A DNA stretch of 64,000 nucleotides from an uncultured Gammaproteobacteria bacterium (lineage in GTDB: Bacteria > Pseudomonadota > Gammaproteobacteria > Poriferisulfidales > GCA-002705445): NCBI GenBank assembly GCA_913050095.1, contig CAJXAV010000002.1, positions 4,797 to 68,796 of the forward strand, written 5' to 3'. Of this stretch, positions 9,241-18,244 are shown one piece after another (position 1 is the first letter of the stretch; the number at the start of each line of letters is the position of its first letter). The notes beneath the pieces were generated by a model. That model was given only the letters and a program-made list of their open reading frames with translations, was not told the DNA's origin and did no database searches. The translations under genes and the position numbers were made by a program.

Positions 9241-10152
9241 ATGAATTCAATAATTGATAAAAAAATTATAAGAGGCCATATGGGTAAAACTGTAATTTTT
9301 GATTCTAAAAAAGATCAGAAATTATTTATGAAAGATTTTCTAAGTCAAAGCTCTATACAAGAAAAATTCAGTTCTTGGAATGTACAAGGAAAGTACGATA
9401 CTAAAAAAATTATTTTCGAAGAAATCTTAAAAAATGAATTAGTTGTAAAAGGAATAGCAAAAAAAGAAGAGCTTGATAAATATGATAATCCCCTTGAAAA
9501 TTTACATAAATGCTTAAATGATTCAAAAAAAACTTTAGATGATACCGAGCAAAATCAGGTTTCTGTAAATTTCTATGATATATCTGAAGATTTTAAAAAA
9601 GAATACATAAAATTTTTGAAAAATTATGTAGCAAATTTATTTTTGGAGCCTATATATTTTCAAGAGGTTCCAACATTTCGTTTTCATTTTCCATTTCAAA
9701 AGGGCTACGAATGGGAAGACAGATATCATACCGATATTATGCTTGGCCACCCTCCTTATGAATATAATGTTTGGATACCTTTCACACAAGTATATGATTC
9801 TAATAGTATGAGAATTACCCCATTAAGTGATAGTTTAAATTTTTATAAAAAGTGCAACTATGACTTTGAATTATTTGCAGAAAATGTACAATATAATGCA
9901 GATTGGATTAAAGAATTAAAAACTAAGTCTTCATCGCTAAATATGAATTATGGTGATTTCATTGTTTTCGATCCAAGGTGCTTACATTGCACTCAAAATA
10001 ATCGTACAGAGATAACAAGAATAAGTTTAGATATAAGGATAATAACTGAAAGTAGTCTAAAAAAATATTCAAGAGAATATAAGACAACAGGAAGAAAAAA
10101 AATGTTGTTTCAGCCTGGACACTATTTTTCAGAAAAACCAATTTCAATATGA
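9241..10152 (+). CDS. PhyH-like Fe(II)/2OG oxygenase-like protein, paralogous to the N-terminal domain of ORF 3703-5577
   Basis: RYHTDIMLGHPPYEYNVWIPF ... FDPRCLHCTQN ... ISLDIRII. H-T-D then a distal His. Confidence 0.4.
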   Translation: MNSIIDKKIIRGHMGKTVIFDSKKDQKLFMKDFLSQSSIQEKFSSWNVQGKYDTKKIIFEEILKNELVVKGIAKKEELDKYDNPLENLHKCLNDSKKTLDDTEQNQVSVNFYDISEDFKKEYIKFLKNYVANLFLEPIYFQEVPTFRFHFPFQKGYEWEDRYHTDIMLGHPPYEYNVWIPFTQVYDSNSMRITPLSDSLNFYKKCNYDFELFAENVQYNADWIKELKTKSSSLNMNYGDFIVFDPRCLHCTQNNRTEITRISLDIRIITESSLKKYSREYKTTGRKKMLFQPGHYFSEKPISI

Positions 10153-11093
10153 AAGAATTTGATATAAAAAAAGCCTATCATTTATTTTATTTGATTAGAA
10201 GAAGTGAAGAAAAAATAATCGAATTATATGATACAGATAAAATAAAAAGCCCAGTGCATCTATCTATTGGGCAAGAAGCTATAGCAGTTGGAGTTAGTTT
10301 GGCTCTTGATGACAATGATATTGTATTTAGTAATTATAGAGGACATGCGCATTACTTAGCGCGAGAGGGAAATCTTAATCAAATGTGGGCCGAACTGTAC
10401 GGAAAAATTGATGGATCTTCAAGAGGAAAAGCTGGCTCTATGCATTTAAGCGATTGGTCAGTAAATTTTATGACAACATCTGCCATAGTTACATCTGCGA
10501 TCCCTGAAGCAGTAGGCTATGCTTTTGCACAAAAATATAAAAACGATAAAGGAATTGTTATTTGTTATCACGGTGATGGTGCGGTAGACGAAGGCGTTTA
10601 TTGGGAATCCCTTAACTTTGCAAGTCTGCATAACCTTCCAATTCTATTTGTTTGCGAAAACAATAAATATGCTATCTATACACACCAAAGTAAAAGAATG
10701 TTGAATGATTCAATATCTGAAAGAGCAAACGCGTTTGGTGTGAAAGCATCCAAAGTTGATGGTCTTACAACTAAAGATTTTTATAATGCTGCATATAAAT
10801 CATTAGATGAGATTAAAAATGGAAATGGACCTATGTTAATTGAATGCTTAACAACAAGATGGAGAGATCATGTTGGTCCTGGTGAAGATAGACATATTAA
10901 ATTTAGATCAGATGATGAGCTTGATAATGCTATTAAAAATGATGATTTGCTAAGACTAGAAAGTATGTTGTCAGAAAAAGAAGTAAAAAAAATAAATGAT
11001 GAAGTTGATAATAAAATTAATGAAGCAATAAAATATTCTGAAAAATCATCTTTCCCAGATACATCTGAAATCACGGAAGAAGTTTATGGATAA
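10149..11093 (+). CDS. Thiamine-diphosphate-dependent dehydrogenase E1 component, alpha subunit (pyruvate/acetoin dehydrogenase type)
   Basis: SPVHLSIGQEAIAVG, YRGHAHYLA, GSMHL, and the TPP-binding GDGAVDEG...NN motif. Confidence 0.7.
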   Translation: MKEFDIKKAYHLFYLIRRSEEKIIELYDTDKIKSPVHLSIGQEAIAVGVSLALDDNDIVFSNYRGHAHYLAREGNLNQMWAELYGKIDGSSRGKAGSMHLSDWSVNFMTTSAIVTSAIPEAVGYAFAQKYKNDKGIVICYHGDGAVDEGVYWESLNFASLHNLPILFVCENNKYAIYTHQSKRMLNDSISERANAFGVKASKVDGLTTKDFYNAAYKSLDEIKNGNGPMLIECLTTRWRDHVGPGEDRHIKFRSDDELDNAIKNDDLLRLESMLSEKEVKKINDEVDNKINEAIKYSEKSSFPDTSEITEEVYG

Positions 11094-12126
11094 CTTAAAA
11101 GAAATTAATTACGGACAAGCAATATATGAGGGCTGTTATCAGGAGATGGAAAATAATGATTCCGTTTTTGTCTATGGATTAGGTGTTGATGATCAGAAAG
11201 GCCATTATGGAACATCAAAAGATCTTCATAAAATCTTTGGCGAAAAAAGAAATTTTGATATGCCACTATCTGAAGATGCAATGACTGGAGTTGGTATAGG
11301 AGCAGCCCTAGCAGGATTAAGACCTATTTATGTTCACCAAAGAATGGATTTTCTTCTGCTATGTATGAACCAACTTGTTAATATGGCAGCAAAACTAAGA
11401 TATATGTCGTCTGGTGAACACTCAGTTCCTTTTGTAGTTAGAGCAGCAATTGGAAGAAGTTGGGGGCAAGGTGCTCAACATAGTCAAGCTTTTCATTCTT
11501 ATTTTATGCATGTTCCTGGAATAAAAGTTGTAGCGCCAACAACTCCACATGATGCAAAAGGTTGCTTGATTGCAAGTATAAGAGACAATAATCCTGTAGT
11601 TTTTGTAGAACATAGAATGTTGTATTCAAATACTGGTTATGTGCCAAATAATTTATATGAGGTTGAATTTGGTAAAGGAAGAGTTTTAATAGAAGGTACC
11701 GACATTACTTTGGTCGGTGCAAGTTATACTGTAACTGATTGTATAAGAGCTGCAGAAGCATTAAAAAAAATAGGTATTAGTGCTGAAGTAATCGACCCTG
11801 TAAGTTTGTCACCAATAGATTATGATTTGATTAGAAAATCTGCAAATAAAACAAAAAAAGTTTTAGTTGTAGATAATGGTTGGCTTACATGTGGATTTTC
11901 TTCTGAGATTATTGCTGACCTTGGAATTAATTGTTCAAATTTAAAGCTTGATAGGATGGGTTACCTAGAATCACCTTGTCCTACAACAAGAGTTTTGGAG
12001 GATGGATTTTACCCAGATCCAGAAGGTGTCGCAATAAAAGCTAATATTATGTGTAATGGAGAAAAAAATTGGAAGCCAGAAAAAATTTCTAGGGAAGAAA
12101 TTAACTCGTTTAAAGGACCTTTTTGA
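11086..12126 (+). CDS. Thiamine-diphosphate-dependent dehydrogenase E1 component, beta subunit (transketolase-like pyrimidine-binding plus C-terminal domains)
   Basis: Translationally coupled to the alpha subunit by an 8-nt overlap. Contains FGLGVDD-type N-terminus, PLSEDAMTGVGIGAALAGLRPI, and the C-terminal transketolase-C-like region. Confidence 0.7.
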   Translation: MDNLKEINYGQAIYEGCYQEMENNDSVFVYGLGVDDQKGHYGTSKDLHKIFGEKRNFDMPLSEDAMTGVGIGAALAGLRPIYVHQRMDFLLLCMNQLVNMAAKLRYMSSGEHSVPFVVRAAIGRSWGQGAQHSQAFHSYFMHVPGIKVVAPTTPHDAKGCLIASIRDNNPVVFVEHRMLYSNTGYVPNNLYEVEFGKGRVLIEGTDITLVGASYTVTDCIRAAEALKKIGISAEVIDPVSLSPIDYDLIRKSANKTKKVLVVDNGWLTCGFSSEIIADLGINCSNLKLDRMGYLESPCPTTRVLEDGFYPDPEGVAIKANIMCNGEKNWKPEKISREEINSFKGPF

Positions 12127-13400
12127 TTATGAATAATAAAGAAAAATTAGAAAATGCAATAAAAAATTGTTGGGATGATAATGAAAGTAATGAATTTAAT
12201 ATTGATAATCCAGTCGTAAGACTTCATGAGCCAACTTTTAACGCAGACGAAATTATTGCATTTACAAATCAGATGCTTACAACCAGAGTAACTATGGGGG
12301 AAAAAGTAAAAGAATTCGAAAAAAAATACTGCAATAAATATTCTTATGGTCACGGTGTATCAAACAATTCAGGATCTTCTGCAAACTTATTAATGCTTTC
12401 AGTTTTAACAAGTAAACTAACAAAAGATAATCTTAAAAAAGGTGATGAAATTATTTTGCCAGCATTAACCTGGTCAACTACTGTCTGGCCTGTAATACAA
12501 ATGGGCTTAGTTCCTGTATATGTTGATTGTGATTTAAATACTTTTAATATGGATAGCAATAAAATTGAAGATGCAATATCTGAAAAAACAAGAGCAATTT
12601 TTTCTGTCCCGATCTATGGAAATCCATGTGAAATGGATGACATTTTATCAATATGTAAAAAACATAATTTAATGCTAATAGAAGACTGTTGTGAATCTAT
12701 GGGTGCAAAATTCAAAGATAAGTATGTTGGAAGTTTTGGTAGGATAGCAAGTTTTAGTTTTTATTATTCCCATCACATTACTACACTTGAGGGCGGTATT
12801 TGTGTCACAAATGACCATGATTTAGCTGAGATGATGAGAATAGTTAGAGCACATGGTTGGGTAAGACAAGTAGAGAATAGAGAAAAATGGACAAATCTTT
12901 ATAAAGATTTTGATCCTAAATTTTTATTTGTTAACGATGGTTATAATTTAAGAATAACAGAGCCGCAAGCTGCAATGGGTTTATTACAAATTGATAAGAT
13001 TGATGGTTTCATAAAATCAAGACAGAATAATGCGAAAAAATATTTTGCCGAGCTTGAAAGTCTAAGTGATTTTTTTAGTTTTCAAATTACAACAAAAAAT
13101 GCAGAAAACACTCATTTTGGATTCCCAATGATACTAAAAAATGACGATTTTTTCACTCGAAATGAAATATGCGAATTTCTAAATAAAAATGGAATTGAAA
13201 CAAGACCAATAATAGCAGGCAATTTAGCAAGACAACCTGCAAATGATTTGTTTGAGCATAGGGTATCTGGAAAACTAAATAATTCTGACCATATTATGGA
13301 TAATGGTTTTTCGGTCGGAGTTCATCAATCTTTATCAGGTGATGCAATAAATTATGTTACTGGTAAAATTAAAGAGTTTATTAGCTTAAGAGTAAAATAA
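12123..13400 (+). CDS. DegT/DnrJ/EryC1/StrS-family PLP enzyme, probably a sugar 3-dehydratase of the ColD/E1 (AscC) type rather than an aminotransferase
   Basis: Fold-type I sugar aminotransferase-like over its full length. At the position of the Schiff-base lysine motif (SFHxxK....GEGG) it reads SFYYSHHITTLEGG, with His-His and no Lys. The 425-aa length is similar to E1 dehydrases. Confidence 0.55.
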   Translation: MIMNNKEKLENAIKNCWDDNESNEFNIDNPVVRLHEPTFNADEIIAFTNQMLTTRVTMGEKVKEFEKKYCNKYSYGHGVSNNSGSSANLLMLSVLTSKLTKDNLKKGDEIILPALTWSTTVWPVIQMGLVPVYVDCDLNTFNMDSNKIEDAISEKTRAIFSVPIYGNPCEMDDILSICKKHNLMLIEDCCESMGAKFKDKYVGSFGRIASFSFYYSHHITTLEGGICVTNDHDLAEMMRIVRAHGWVRQVENREKWTNLYKDFDPKFLFVNDGYNLRITEPQAAMGLLQIDKIDGFIKSRQNNAKKYFAELESLSDFFSFQITTKNAENTHFGFPMILKNDDFFTRNEICEFLNKNGIETRPIIAGNLARQPANDLFEHRVSGKLNNSDHIMDNGFSVGVHQSLSGDAINYVTGKIKEFISLRVK

Positions 13401-14410
13401 TGAAGGCATTTATCACAGGCATAACAGGTATGGTTGGTTCACATCTAGCCGAGTTTCTTCTTGAAGAAACGGATTGGGAAATTCATGGTTTAATTAGATG
13501 GAGAAGCCCCTTAGATAATATTGAAAATTTAATATCTAATATAAATAAAAAAGAAAGAGTGTTTTTGCATTATGGAGATTTACGAGATTCTCAATCAATA
13601 GACTTAGTTGTTGATAATATAAAACCAGATTATACTTTTCATCTTGCTGCTCAAAGCTATCCAAAAACAAGCTTTGATGCACCTCTCGATACGTACGCAA
13701 CAAACATATCTGGAACTTCAACTTTACTAGAAGCTTTAAAAAAATATTCACGCAATTCAATTATTCATGTTTGCGCTTCCTCCGAAGTTTTTGGACGAGT
13801 GCCTAAAGAAAAACTTCCAATAAACGAGGAGTGTTCATTTCACCCCGCATCTCCATATGCAATATCAAAAATTGGAACAGACTTAGTTGGGCGATTTTAT
13901 GCAGAAGCATATGATATGAAAGTTATGACGACAAGAATGTTTACACATACTGGCCCCAGAAGAGGAGATGTTTTCGCAGAATCAACATTTGCTAAGCAAA
14001 TTGCAATGGCGGAGAAAGGATTAATAGAGCCAATTATAAAAGTAGGAAATTTAGATTCTATGAGAACAATAGCTGATGTAAGAGACGCAGTTCGCGCTTA
14101 TTTTATGCTAGTCACAATAAATCCAATTTCTGGAGAATATTACAATATTGGTGGAACACATTCCTGTAAAATTGAACAAATTTTAAATGATCTTATTGGC
14201 TTATCAACTATAAAAGATAAGATTATTATTGAACAAGATCCAGAGAGGTTAAGACCTATAGATGCAGATTTACAGATACCCGATACCTCAAAATTTAAGG
14301 AGCACACAGGATGGGAGCCAAAATATGAATATGAACAAACAATCTCAGACCTTTTAGATTATTGGAGAAAAATGGTAGAAAAAAACGGCGAAGCATATCT
14401 AACGAGATAA
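13400..14410 (+). CDS. GDP-sugar 4,6-dehydratase (GMD family; by context possibly GDP-manno-heptose 4,6-dehydratase, DmhA-like)
   Basis: N-terminus ITGITGMVGSHLAEFLLEE closely resembles the GMD signature ITGITGQDGSYLAEFLL. Extended SDR fold. It sits next to GDP-heptose pathway genes. Confidence 0.65.
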   Translation: MKAFITGITGMVGSHLAEFLLEETDWEIHGLIRWRSPLDNIENLISNINKKERVFLHYGDLRDSQSIDLVVDNIKPDYTFHLAAQSYPKTSFDAPLDTYATNISGTSTLLEALKKYSRNSIIHVCASSEVFGRVPKEKLPINEECSFHPASPYAISKIGTDLVGRFYAEAYDMKVMTTRMFTHTGPRRGDVFAESTFAKQIAMAEKGLIEPIIKVGNLDSMRTIADVRDAVRAYFMLVTINPISGEYYNIGGTHSCKIEQILNDLIGLSTIKDKIIIEQDPERLRPIDADLQIPDTSKFKEHTGWEPKYEYEQTISDLLDYWRKMVEKNGEAYLTR

Positions 14411-14413
14411 AAA

Positions 14414-15259
14414 ATGACTGATAAAAATATATTAGATAATTTCGAAGACGGAAAACCATATTTAAATCATAAAAATGCAATTTTAAGTGCACCTGTTAGA
14501 CACATTTTTATGATTGCATCAATATGGTATCTCACCATCAAAAATAAAAATAAAAATATATCGATTTTAGAAATTGGAACATGGTTTGGAGCTTCAGCGT
14601 TGTCATGGGCACAGGGTTTAGAAGAGTATGCTGATAGTAAAGGAAGCTTAACATGTGTCGATGCATGGAAACCTTTTTTTGACTTAGAAGAGCATAAAGG
14701 GAATGAATATGTTTTGGAAATGGAAGAATTGCTTAAGTCAGATTTTGCATATAAAGTATTTCTGCATAATATTGGCACAGTTCCCGAATCTATCACCACG
14801 CAACACTTTAGAGGTCAAAGTGAAAATATTTTAAAGTATTTAAAAGATGAATCTCAAAGTGTCGTATTTATAGATGCAGATCATACTTATGATTTTGTAA
14901 AAAAAGATATTAGCGCTTCTTTAAGATTAGTTGAAAACAATGGAATTATTTGTGGCGATGATTTAAATATGCAAATAAAAGATATTGATTATAATTTCGC
15001 AATAGAAAATAAAAACAAAGACTTTATTAAAGATCCAAAAACAAATAAAAATTACCATCCAGGAGTTACTGTAGCAATAAGTGAAATTTTTGGAGAAGTA
15101 AGTTCGTGGGGAGGATTTTGGGCGATGCAAAAAATTAATAATAACTGGAATAAAATCTCACTTAAAGACATGCCAATAATTTACCCAAAACATTTTGATA
15201 AAGAAAATATAAAAAAAGCAAAAGACCATTTTAATGATATAAAAAATTACTTAACATAG
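14414..15259 (+). CDS. Class I SAM-dependent O-methyltransferase (TylF/MycF / Methyltransf_24-like)
   Basis: LEIGTWFGASALSW and VVFIDADHTYDFV motifs characteristic of the macrocin-O-methyltransferase-like family. Confidence 0.55.
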   Translation: MTDKNILDNFEDGKPYLNHKNAILSAPVRHIFMIASIWYLTIKNKNKNISILEIGTWFGASALSWAQGLEEYADSKGSLTCVDAWKPFFDLEEHKGNEYVLEMEELLKSDFAYKVFLHNIGTVPESITTQHFRGQSENILKYLKDESQSVVFIDADHTYDFVKKDISASLRLVENNGIICGDDLNMQIKDIDYNFAIENKNKDFIKDPKTNKNYHPGVTVAISEIFGEVSSWGGFWAMQKINNNWNKISLKDMPIIYPKHFDKENIKKAKDHFNDIKNYLT

Positions 15260-15274
15260 GATTAAATTCGTATC

Positions 15275-16303
15275 TTGAAAAATGTTGACAAAATATTTTC
15301 TTTACATTTAAATTCAAATAAACCAAATAAGTTTGAATATTTTGCTAAATCTTTTTTAGAGAATATGAGTAATCCAAATACTCTAGAAATTATTGTTCAT
15401 ATTGATCAGGATGATCAACTTATGAAGGCTAAAATAGAAGCTATAAATAATAAATATAATAATACTATAAAATATATAGAATCAAATATAATTAAAAATT
15501 TTAATGATGCGTGGAAGCCTTTAAATATTTTATTAAATGAAACATCTGATTCAGTAAAAATTATAGCTTGCTTATCAGATGATATAAAAATTTGCACAAA
15601 AAAATGGGATTTAATATTACTTAAACATGCAAAAGAAAGTAACAAATCAAATATTTTCAGAATAAGATGCTCTCAATATAAAAACGAAAAATATAATAAT
15701 GTATGGGAATGTGCTTACAAGCCAGACTTCTCTTTTTACTCAAAAAAATGGATTGATACTGTAAAATGTTGGAGTCCTTGTATTGGACCGGATACATATC
15801 AAGAAATAGTTTCTTTTTATTTAAACATGTGTGGTGCAGAATATAACATGAGCATAGTAGATAATAAAATTTCGTTTGAAGGAGAAAAAATATTAACAGG
15901 GCTTAGTATTCAAGAAAGAATTACTAGAGCAAAGCTTGGTTATAAATCATTTTCTAAAATAATATCTTATAATATTCAAAAAAAAGCAATTAAGTCAGCG
16001 GAATTACTTGCAAATGAAATTTCGCATGACAAAATAAAATTAAAAAATATAAATTACATATCTTACACAATAAAAAATATTTTTAAAAAATTAAAGTTTT
16101 TTCATCACAGGGGAAGTAAAGGTTGGCTGACAAGTAGTATAATATTCAATTTATTATTTATTTCATGGTGCAGAGTCGATATTTTTGATAAATTTATAAT
16201 AAAATTAATTAAATTTCTTGAGAAGAATAAACTTCTTCAAAAATTTATAACAAATAAAAATCAATATGAAAAATTAGTAGAGGCTTTGAGAAATAGTGAA
16301 TGA
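15275..16303 (+). CDS. Uncharacterised GT-A-like putative glycosyltransferase, family A copy 2
   Basis: SLHLNSNKP...LEIIVHIDQDD; ACLSDDIKICTKKW; WECAYKPDFSFYSKKWIDTVKCWSPCIGPDTYQEIVSFYL. Paralog of ORFs 5585-7207 and 19869-20840. Confidence 0.45.
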   Translation: MKNVDKIFSLHLNSNKPNKFEYFAKSFLENMSNPNTLEIIVHIDQDDQLMKAKIEAINNKYNNTIKYIESNIIKNFNDAWKPLNILLNETSDSVKIIACLSDDIKICTKKWDLILLKHAKESNKSNIFRIRCSQYKNEKYNNVWECAYKPDFSFYSKKWIDTVKCWSPCIGPDTYQEIVSFYLNMCGAEYNMSIVDNKISFEGEKILTGLSIQERITRAKLGYKSFSKIISYNIQKKAIKSAELLANEISHDKIKLKNINYISYTIKNIFKKLKFFHHRGSKGWLTSSIIFNLLFISWCRVDIFDKFIIKLIKFLEKNKLLQKFITNKNQYEKLVEALRNSE

Positions 16304-17225
16304 TATTCCAAAAATAACAGTAATTATTCCAAGTTATAATTCTGCTAAAACCATAGAAAGAACTTTTGATTCCTTAAGAAGACAAAATTACGATAATCTT
16401 GAATGTATAGTTTTAGATGGAGATTCTACAGATGGAACTATAGATATAATACGAAAGAATGAAGACATAGTAGATATTTTTATAACTGGCGAAAGCGATG
16501 GAGCGACTTCAGCGCAAAATAAAGGAATAAAATTATCCTCTGGTGTTTTAATTGGGTATTTGCACTCAGATGATTATTATGAAGATGATATGTTAAAAAA
16601 TATATCAAATGCTTTTCTAAGAAACAGTACGTATGATATTTTTTCATATGGTATCGAAATTGAAAGACTGAAAGATGGAAAAATAATTATGTCTTCTTTT
16701 AAAAAGAAAAATATTAAATTAAATTTAAATAATATATTTTATAAACACGCAATGGGACATTTTTATAAAAAAAGTCTTTTTGAAGATTATGGATACTTAA
16801 AAACATCCTCGCGTTTTGGTGATGATTTATATGCAAATGATCGTGAACACTTAATAAGATTATGTTTGTTAAACAAAAAAAATTATGTAGTTGAAAAAGT
16901 TTTATACAGAATGTGTGCCCATAAAAACTCAAATACTTTAAGTAGAAAAAATATTGTAGATATAAGATTTCAGCACATAGAGATTGCTGAAAATTTCTTA
17001 GATCTTTATAAAGAATCTTCATATAAATGTAGCAAACTTTCAGATTTCAAGGCGCATAATTTATCGTTACTATTCGCATATTATATGTTAACTTTATCAT
17101 CGAAAAACATAATAAAAATATTTATGGCTGGTTATAAATTTAGAGGCGTGTACTGGATAATTGACATATTTCTTTCTCCAACTCGTGAATTGCTTTACAG
17201 AGCTTCTGTTAAAAAATGGCTATAA
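16296..17225 (+). CDS. Family 2 glycosyltransferase
   Basis: ITVIIPSYNSAKTIERTFDSLRRQNY..ECIVLDGDSTDGT, a canonical GT2 N-terminus. Confidence 0.7.
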   Translation: MNDIPKITVIIPSYNSAKTIERTFDSLRRQNYDNLECIVLDGDSTDGTIDIIRKNEDIVDIFITGESDGATSAQNKGIKLSSGVLIGYLHSDDYYEDDMLKNISNAFLRNSTYDIFSYGIEIERLKDGKIIMSSFKKKNIKLNLNNIFYKHAMGHFYKKSLFEDYGYLKTSSRFGDDLYANDREHLIRLCLLNKKNYVVEKVLYRMCAHKNSNTLSRKNIVDIRFQHIEIAENFLDLYKESSYKCSKLSDFKAHNLSLLFAYYMLTLSSKNIIKIFMAGYKFRGVYWIIDIFLSPTRELLYRASVKKWL

Positions 17226-17245
17226 AAGGATCATAGGGGTAGTAA

Positions 17246-18244
17246 ATGATAGTTGCAAGAGCACCATACAGAGTCTCTTTTTTTGGTGGCGGAACTGATT
17301 ATCCAGAGTGGTACAGTGAGCACGGAGGTTCATTCTTATCTTTAGCAATTAATCATTACTGTTATATAACATTAAGAGTTAAACCTCCATTTCAAGAAAA
17401 AAGATATAGGGTATCTTGGAGAATAGCGGAAGATGTTAGTTCAATAAAATCTATAAAACATCCTATTGTAAGACACAGTCTAGAAACTATGAATGTAAAT
17501 TTAGGATTAGATATAACATACACTGGTGATTTACCAGGTGGAAGTGGCTTAGGTTCTAGTTCAGCATTTACAGTGGCACTAAATCATAGTTTGCATGCTG
17601 CAAATGGAAAAAAACCAAACGAATATGAATTAGCAAAAGAAGCTTATCATATAGAAAGAGATAAACTCGAAGAGACAATAGGTATTCAAGATCAAATTGC
17701 AACAGCGTTTGGGGGATTTAATCACGTTATTATAAATAAAGACGGTAGTTATAAGTTAGAAAAAGTTTTATTGACAGAATCGCAAATAAAAAAATTTTTA
17801 GACAGATGCGTATTAGTATATACAGGTATCAGCAGACTAGCTTCTTCTGTTGCGGAAAAAAAAGTTGAAGATATAAAAAACAAAGTAGAGATCGTAAGTG
17901 AAATGCAGGATATGGTTGAAGAAGCACGGTCTTTATTACAAAGTGAAAATTATGATAAATTTGGGAAATTACTACATAAAAATTGGTTATTAAAGAAAAG
18001 TATATCAGATATTGTTTCTACGAATGATATTGATAATATTTATGATAAGGCTTTAAAAAATGGTGCTATTGGAGGAAAGTTATTAGGAGCTGGAGCCGGT
18101 GGTTTTATGCTATTTTTTTGTGAGGAAGGAAAAAAGAAAAAATTAATAGAAATTTTTGATACAAAAATGGTTGTTCCTTTTCAGATATGTGAAGAGGGAA
18201 GTAAAATTGTTTATGAAGAAGAAAAAAATTATGGGATTTTATAA
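17246..18244 (+). CDS. hddA: GHMP-family sugar kinase, D-glycero-D-manno-heptose 7-phosphate kinase (HddA-like)
   Basis: MIVARAPYRVSFFGGGTDYPEWY and the GHMP motif LPGGSGLGSSSAF. Context is next to hddC-gmhB and gmhA. Confidence 0.6.
   Translation: MIVARAPYRVSFFGGGTDYPEWYSEHGGSFLSLAINHYCYITLRVKPPFQEKRYRVSWRIAEDVSSIKSIKHPIVRHSLETMNVNLGLDITYTGDLPGGSGLGSSSAFTVALNHSLHAANGKKPNEYELAKEAYHIERDKLEETIGIQDQIATAFGGFNHVIINKDGSYKLEKVLLTESQIKKFLDRCVLVYTGISRLASSVAEKKVEDIKNKVEIVSEMQDMVEEARSLLQSENYDKFGKLLHKNWLLKKSISDIVSTNDIDNIYDKALKNGAIGGKLLGAGAGGFMLFFCEEGKKKKLIEIFDTKMVVPFQICEEGSKIVYEEEKNYGIL

Noticed and set aside
13400-14410. Calling this strictly GDP-mannose 4,6-dehydratase (gmd), feeding the fcl at 29904 for GDP-fucose.
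   Set aside because: This is possible and cannot be excluded. But no manB/manC genes are present, while a full GDP-heptose pathway surrounds it. A heptose-specific DmhA-like role is therefore proposed, and that remains unresolved.
18156-18230. N-terminal extensions proposed by the ORF track that overlap the upstream gene: 18156 for the Fcl-like gene, 28087 for the Rieske gene, 54034 for ligA, 57553 for mpl and 60819 for hemL.
   Set aside because: The longer ORFs overlap the preceding gene by 60-130 nt. Internal ATG or TTG starts give N-termini matching known family starts (for example HIHILGICGTFM for Mpl). The shorter starts were chosen.
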